Made by a program: the position numbers and the translations under genes | DNA from: Eledone cirrhosa | Taxonomy: Eukaryota | DNA length: 64,000 nucleotides | Direction: 5' to 3' | Assembly (NCBI GenBank): GCA_964016885.1 | Contig: OZ024741.1 | Span: forward strand, 150,846,001 to 150,910,000 | Part shown: one piece after another, positions 59,151 to 64,000 of the stretch | Numbering within the stretch: position 1 is the first letter of the stretch | Layout: the number at the start of each line of letters is the position of its first letter | Notes under the pieces: model-generated | Told to the model about the DNA's origin: nothing | Databases searched by the model: none | What the model saw: the letters and a program-made list of their open reading frames with translations, nothing else

Positions 59151-59457
59151 CATTAATCGAAAAGGTTTGAAGTGATGAGTGTATATAAATATTTGTAAAA
59201 TTGGAGTATTCTCAGCGCGAAAGGTAGCCGTAAACAGCTGAATACTATTTGCATAGTAAAAAAAAAATTTCTTTTAGGGAGTGGGGTGAAAATATAACCA
59301 CAAATGGAACTGAGAGTGGGAGAGAGAGAGGGAGAAAGAGGGACAAAGCGTGAGATGAGAAATGAGAGAGTTATAGAGAAAGGGAGAAGGGAAGAGGAGG
59401 AGAGGAGAAAATGGGGATGAAAACGATGGAGCAGAAATTGTGGAGAAAAACGAAGAA

Positions 59458-59575
59458 ATGGATAGAAAGATGGAGAGAATAGACCAACATGAAAAAAGAA
59501 CTTAGCGTTATTAGAATCGAAGCTGACGACTCTAATAAAGCGAAGTAGGTCTATTCTCTCCATCTTTCTATCCAT
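59458..59575. repeat. short fold-back (28-bp perfect outer arms)
   Basis: atggatagaaagatggagagaatagacc / ggtctattctctccatctttctatccat. Confidence 0.85.
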
Positions 59576-59671
59576 CTCTTCCCAAAAAAGAAAAAGAAAA
59601 AAAAATGTTTCTATACAAATAGTATCCAGCTGTTACGGCTATCTTTTTCGCTGAGAATACTACAATTTTAC

Positions 59672-59719
<48 letters not shown>

Positions 59720-60089
59720 CGCATCCACTGATACTGACCACATCATCTTCAATCTTTAAATATGACACTGTTAATGACAACACTAACATCTATGTATCTT
59801 TACGATTGTTCTGTGGAATAGGATGTTAATAATATGTCTAAAATTTGTTAGTTCTCCGATGATTCCAAACGAAAGTTTGGAAGTAACGATTGTCAGCAAT
59901 AAAATGTTTTGAACATAGTTTTGATTATTCTGTAATTTATATTCCGGCTCTGTAAAATATCTGATGTATTTACATTGAGCTATTTTTCTTACTGATAATA
60001 AGGTAGTAATGAATTACAGACCTTTCCTGTTTATAGTTGTATATAGTGTATATATAAGTATAAATATTATTATTATTATATATATATAT

Positions 60090-60260
<171 letters not shown>

Positions 60261-60357
60261 GATTTTGAGTATATGTTGGTTGTATACAAACACCTCAGTA
60301 TGCAGGCTAGAGCACTCGACGAAGTGCGCAGGTTTGTTTGGTTACTCCGGATTAATG

Positions 60358-60815
60358 TAAAATAAAGTTAAATAAAAAGTCAAATGTTTAAAATTTAGCT
60401 TCGTTTATTACTGCTATATATATTTCAGTGACAGCCATCTTTGGCTGTGATCTCTTCAGGCAGACCGAATTAGTGTGGTATAGACAAGTACATATGTTGT
60501 TGAGGTGTATAATTTTGTCAATACTCTGATATGTCCTGTTCCTGGTTAGGTTGTTATTTCTCTGAGGAACTGGAATCATATCTTGAGGAACTGGAATCAT
60601 ATGATTCCAGTTCCTCAGAGAAATAACAACCTAACCAGGAACTGGACATATCAGAGTATTGACAAAATTATACACCTCAACAACATATGTACTTGTCTAT
60701 ACCACACTAATTCGGACTGCCTGAAGAGGTCACAGCCAAAGATGGCTGTCACTGAAATATATATAGCAGTAATAAACGAAGCTAAATTTTAAACATTTGA
60801 CTTTTTATTTAACTT

Positions 60816-60822
<7 letters not shown>
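60358..60822. mobile_element. spacer-less palindromic element (about 220-bp arms) with two divergent hammerheads
   Basis: Centre at 60600/60601; HHR 60410-60464 (-) and 60716-60770 (+): acugc CUGAAGA g..ACAGCCA aaga UGGCUGU..u GAAA uauaua UA|gcagu. Confidence 0.92.
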
Positions 60823-60861
<39 letters not shown>

Positions 60862-60898
60862 CTCACTCACTATTTCTCTCTCTCACACACACTCTCAC

Positions 60899-60934
<36 letters not shown>

Positions 60935-60975
60935 TTCAAAATATTAACAAAAATAGACATTCGTGTGATCAAGTA

Positions 60976-61042
60976 TATTTTATTATACATATTTCAGGGG
61001 TACTGAGCTCTCTTCAACAGTACGTCTTCATCAGATAAAATA
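60976..61042 (-). ncRNA. type I hammerhead, 8-bp stem I
   Basis: uauuuuau CUGAUGA AG ac GUACUG...CAGUAC cc CU GAAA uaugua UA|auaaaaua. Confidence 0.85.
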
Positions 61043-61421
61043 AGATGATGCATGACATACCCTGACTTAGTAGATGGTTAAGATTCAGTCATGGTAGTGA
61101 ATAATATGACAAAACTCAATATTTATATACCTTAAGATTGAGACATGAAAAAACTACATATAATACAGCGGGTGCGTGTGAGAAAGCTTAAAAAACATAA
61201 TAGAAATTTACATAAATGTTAGAGATTCAAATATTTTAAATTATTGAAGAAAGAAGAAAGACATAGAGAAACAGATGAGGAAAAAGATAGTTACTAGAAG
61301 TATAGAAAGCAAAAGAGAATTGATCAAGGATAGAGAGACAAGTAGGAATAATTTTTATAGCATAAAGTATAGGGAGGGAGATTTGTATCGTCGTGGATAA
61401 AAAGCGTGTGATTAGATGATG

Positions 61422-61452
<31 letters not shown>

Positions 61453-61768
61453 ACATAAATATACATTTGGGCATAGCTTTGTGAAAGAGAATACTCGAAT
61501 CTTTGAATTATCTAGAAATAATCAATCAATCTAAATATTAAATATATCTGGGTGTAATTATACGGGTTTAATTTCTAGTCCTTAATTAATTAGAAATATA
61601 CTAGCAATTAACTATATACATTATATATATCCAAACGTATCCGGATGACCGTTAAATTTCGAATCATTTATGTTAGTTCAGAATAATGAATTAAACTAAA
61701 GGTATAGTATTTCAGTCTATAAAAATGTATAAGTATTTATATTAAAGTATACTATCATATTTATAAAA

Positions 61769-62860
61769 TCATATTTAAAGTATTTGCAAACATGAGAAAG
61801 AAGAGACTTAATATTTTCATCCTCTCGAAGGTAATCCATATTAAATTATATTAAAAGAATTTTATATTAAAATAATAATCATTATATAATTTAGAAAGTA
61901 ATTACAGTTATAACTTTAAAAATTTAAAATTAACAATTAGAATGCCCTAAAGATCTAAAGGCCTTATAATTATACTTAAAAAGGGTATTATTAAACTCGA
62001 TATACGCATTTGTCTAAATTTATACAAAGAGTATATTGTCTAAAGTTCAAGACGATATTAGTCAGTTATACATAACATAATATAATATAATAAATAAGTT
62101 ACTGTTAATATTGTTAAAATTAAGTTTTTAGATCAATAATTATATTAGGATCATGTAATACATATATACTATAAATATACAAATAAAACTTCATGAATCA
62201 TAAAGATAAGAACCAGATTAAAAATAAATAAGTAAATGGTTTGCGATCCTATAAGTGCCAAATATCTAAGCTGTATAATTTAAAAATACAAGAACATTTT
62301 TTTTAAAAGTATCTATATTGTAGTATAATATCATATTTAAAGTGTCTGCAAACATGAGAAAGAGAAAACTTAAGATTTTCATCGACTGGAAGGTAACCCG
62401 AATTTAATTATATTAAAAAATAATAATCGTTATATAATTTAGAAAATATTTAACAATTATAACACTAGAATGTCCTTAAGTATCTAAAGTACTTATAAAA
62501 GTAGCTAGAAGCATGTTATTAAACTAGATATACAGTTTTGTCTAAATATAAACAGAGTATTCTGTTCGGAACTCAAGACGATATTAGTGATCCATATACA
62601 TATAATAAATAATAAATACAATCATTGTTAGTAAAGTTATAATTGAAGTTTTACATCGAGTTAAGTGGAAAAAGTTTGTCGACTAGGATCGTGTGCGATG
62701 CATATACCATAAATATATATAAACATTAAATCAAACATCCTGAATCTTAAAACCAACATACTCCAAATGAATAAATACATAAATACATAAATACATGAAT
62801 GGTTTACGGTTCCTTACAACTGTTAACCATATAAGCTATATATTTAAAAAAATACAAGAA
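61769..62860. repeat. diverged tandem duplication (period about 560 bp) in a putative Penelope 3' UTR
   Basis: tcatatttaaagt..tgcaaacatgagaaag at 61769 and 62331; both units end tttaaaaa(aa)tacaagaa. Confidence 0.85.
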
Positions 62861-63039
62861 TCCCGATCAAATTAAATGTATCTACACAATCAAATGATAT
62901 GCATATTCATCAAGAGATCATGTTAACAATCTATATGTTTATAATTCTATATAGAACCCTTAATCTAAGATTAATCATATTATAAATGAATAAAAATTAT
63001 TATAAGGTTTTATAACATTACGCACTCAGTTGATAAGAA

Positions 63040-63850
63040 ACGTCAAAAATTAGAAGCTATTTATTTAGTGTTTTTTCCTGACTTTTGCGAGGCTTGGAAT
63101 GTAGAGGAGGCTTTATGAAGGCAATTTGAGAATAATTCACTTTTTTTGTTAATTAAATTTTCATAATTAGTAATTATTAATAGGGTCTCCATAGACAAAG
63201 ATTGCAGTTAGGTGATATTGAAGAATTCAAGTAGATTCGACTATTACACAGCTTCGACCAAGAAATCGAGTATTTTAAATTTTTGTCTTTTAACGACAAT
63301 ATAAGTTGTGATAAAGAAGTCGAAGATTTCCTATTAGGATTCGACAAAGAACATTTGTGATTCGAAAATCTTAATTTAAATGTCGATGAAGTTGCACCTA
63401 TATAGTTGTATGTGATGTTATTTGCTTTTACGGTGCATTTATAGACCAGATTGCTATCCAGACAATTATTTTGCAGAGGGCAATTTGATCTATTTCTACA
63501 ATTATATTTCGATTTATTGTTATTACTATAAGTTGGACAATTGACATTAGCATTGTTAGTACTTTGAAGTGTTCTATTGATTATGCTTAGATTAATGTTA
63601 TTGTTATTCCTAGTATTAATATTGCTAGTGTTATTATATTCATTATCGCTAATTGTTTGTTGATTATGATTTAAAATTCTACTATTTATTTTTGCGATGT
63701 TCTGGGTCATATTCATAGTTGTAGAATAAGAAAGCTTAATTGTGTGTCTGTTAAATATGGAACGGTATTTGTGTTGAATGGTGAAGCATTTATCTAAAGC
63801 TTTAAAGAATAGATTTGCGAGTGGTGTTTTTATTGCTACAGAAGCTGGGG
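63040..63850 (-). mobile_element. Penelope-like remnant (linker + GIY-YIG), related to 3800-4930
   Basis: ORF 63177-63716: NCRNRSNCPLQNNCL...LVYKC...YIGATSSTFKLRFSNH...CNLCL. Confidence 0.9.
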
Positions 63851-64000
63851 GGGGGGGGGCATATAACTGATTTAGTTCTGATTTTTTTCACCGATTTATT
63901 CACGGTATTGGTGTTTGTATTATAATTTTTTAAATCTCGTTTATATATTTTTGTCTTATTTTTATCAGGATTATAATTCAAATTATTATTATCTATATAT

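Noticed and set aside
59520-59555. CTGACGA...GAAG...GTC as a hammerhead (similar weak cases at 5700-5745, 11815-11856, 17625-17680, 47640-47690, 48297-48362)
   Set aside because: Two or more core or stem defects; not counted

Overview
This is repeat-saturated eukaryotic DNA with no host gene that I can support. The SINE families resemble octopod cephalopod SINEs, which is recognition from memory and not a database result. Contents: very long (TA)n, (CA)n, (GA)n and (TATG)n microsatellites, which generate most of the ORF track as noise; about 17 copies of a tRNA-derived Meta-domain SINE plus two other SINE families; six decayed Penelope-like (GIY-YIG) remnants; two bipartite RTE-derived elements; a 13.5-kb nested block (28.9-42.4 kb) of R4/Dong-clade LINEs (+) and Tx1/L1-clade LINEs (-) inserted at (TAA)n/(TTA)n; and a 200-N gap. 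The main hidden signal is RNA structure. Reading both strands by eye gives about 27 complete or near-complete type I hammerhead ribozyme (HHR) motifs from at least 15 unrelated families, plus about 10 half-motifs. Most sit in short ORF-less, often fold-back elements embedded in (TA)n. Four unrelated families carry the compensatory U3-A8 core instead of C3-G8. Many have family-specific palindromic stem III sequences (dimer-type), and several elements break or fold back at the stem II apex. Also notable: one SINE fragment with strand-asymmetric A-to-G hypermutation (a possible retrotransposed ADAR hyper-editing fossil), and a 3' terminus shared between the SINE and the (TTA)n-associated Tx1 LINE. 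All folds and alignments were done by eye, so element boundaries are approximate.
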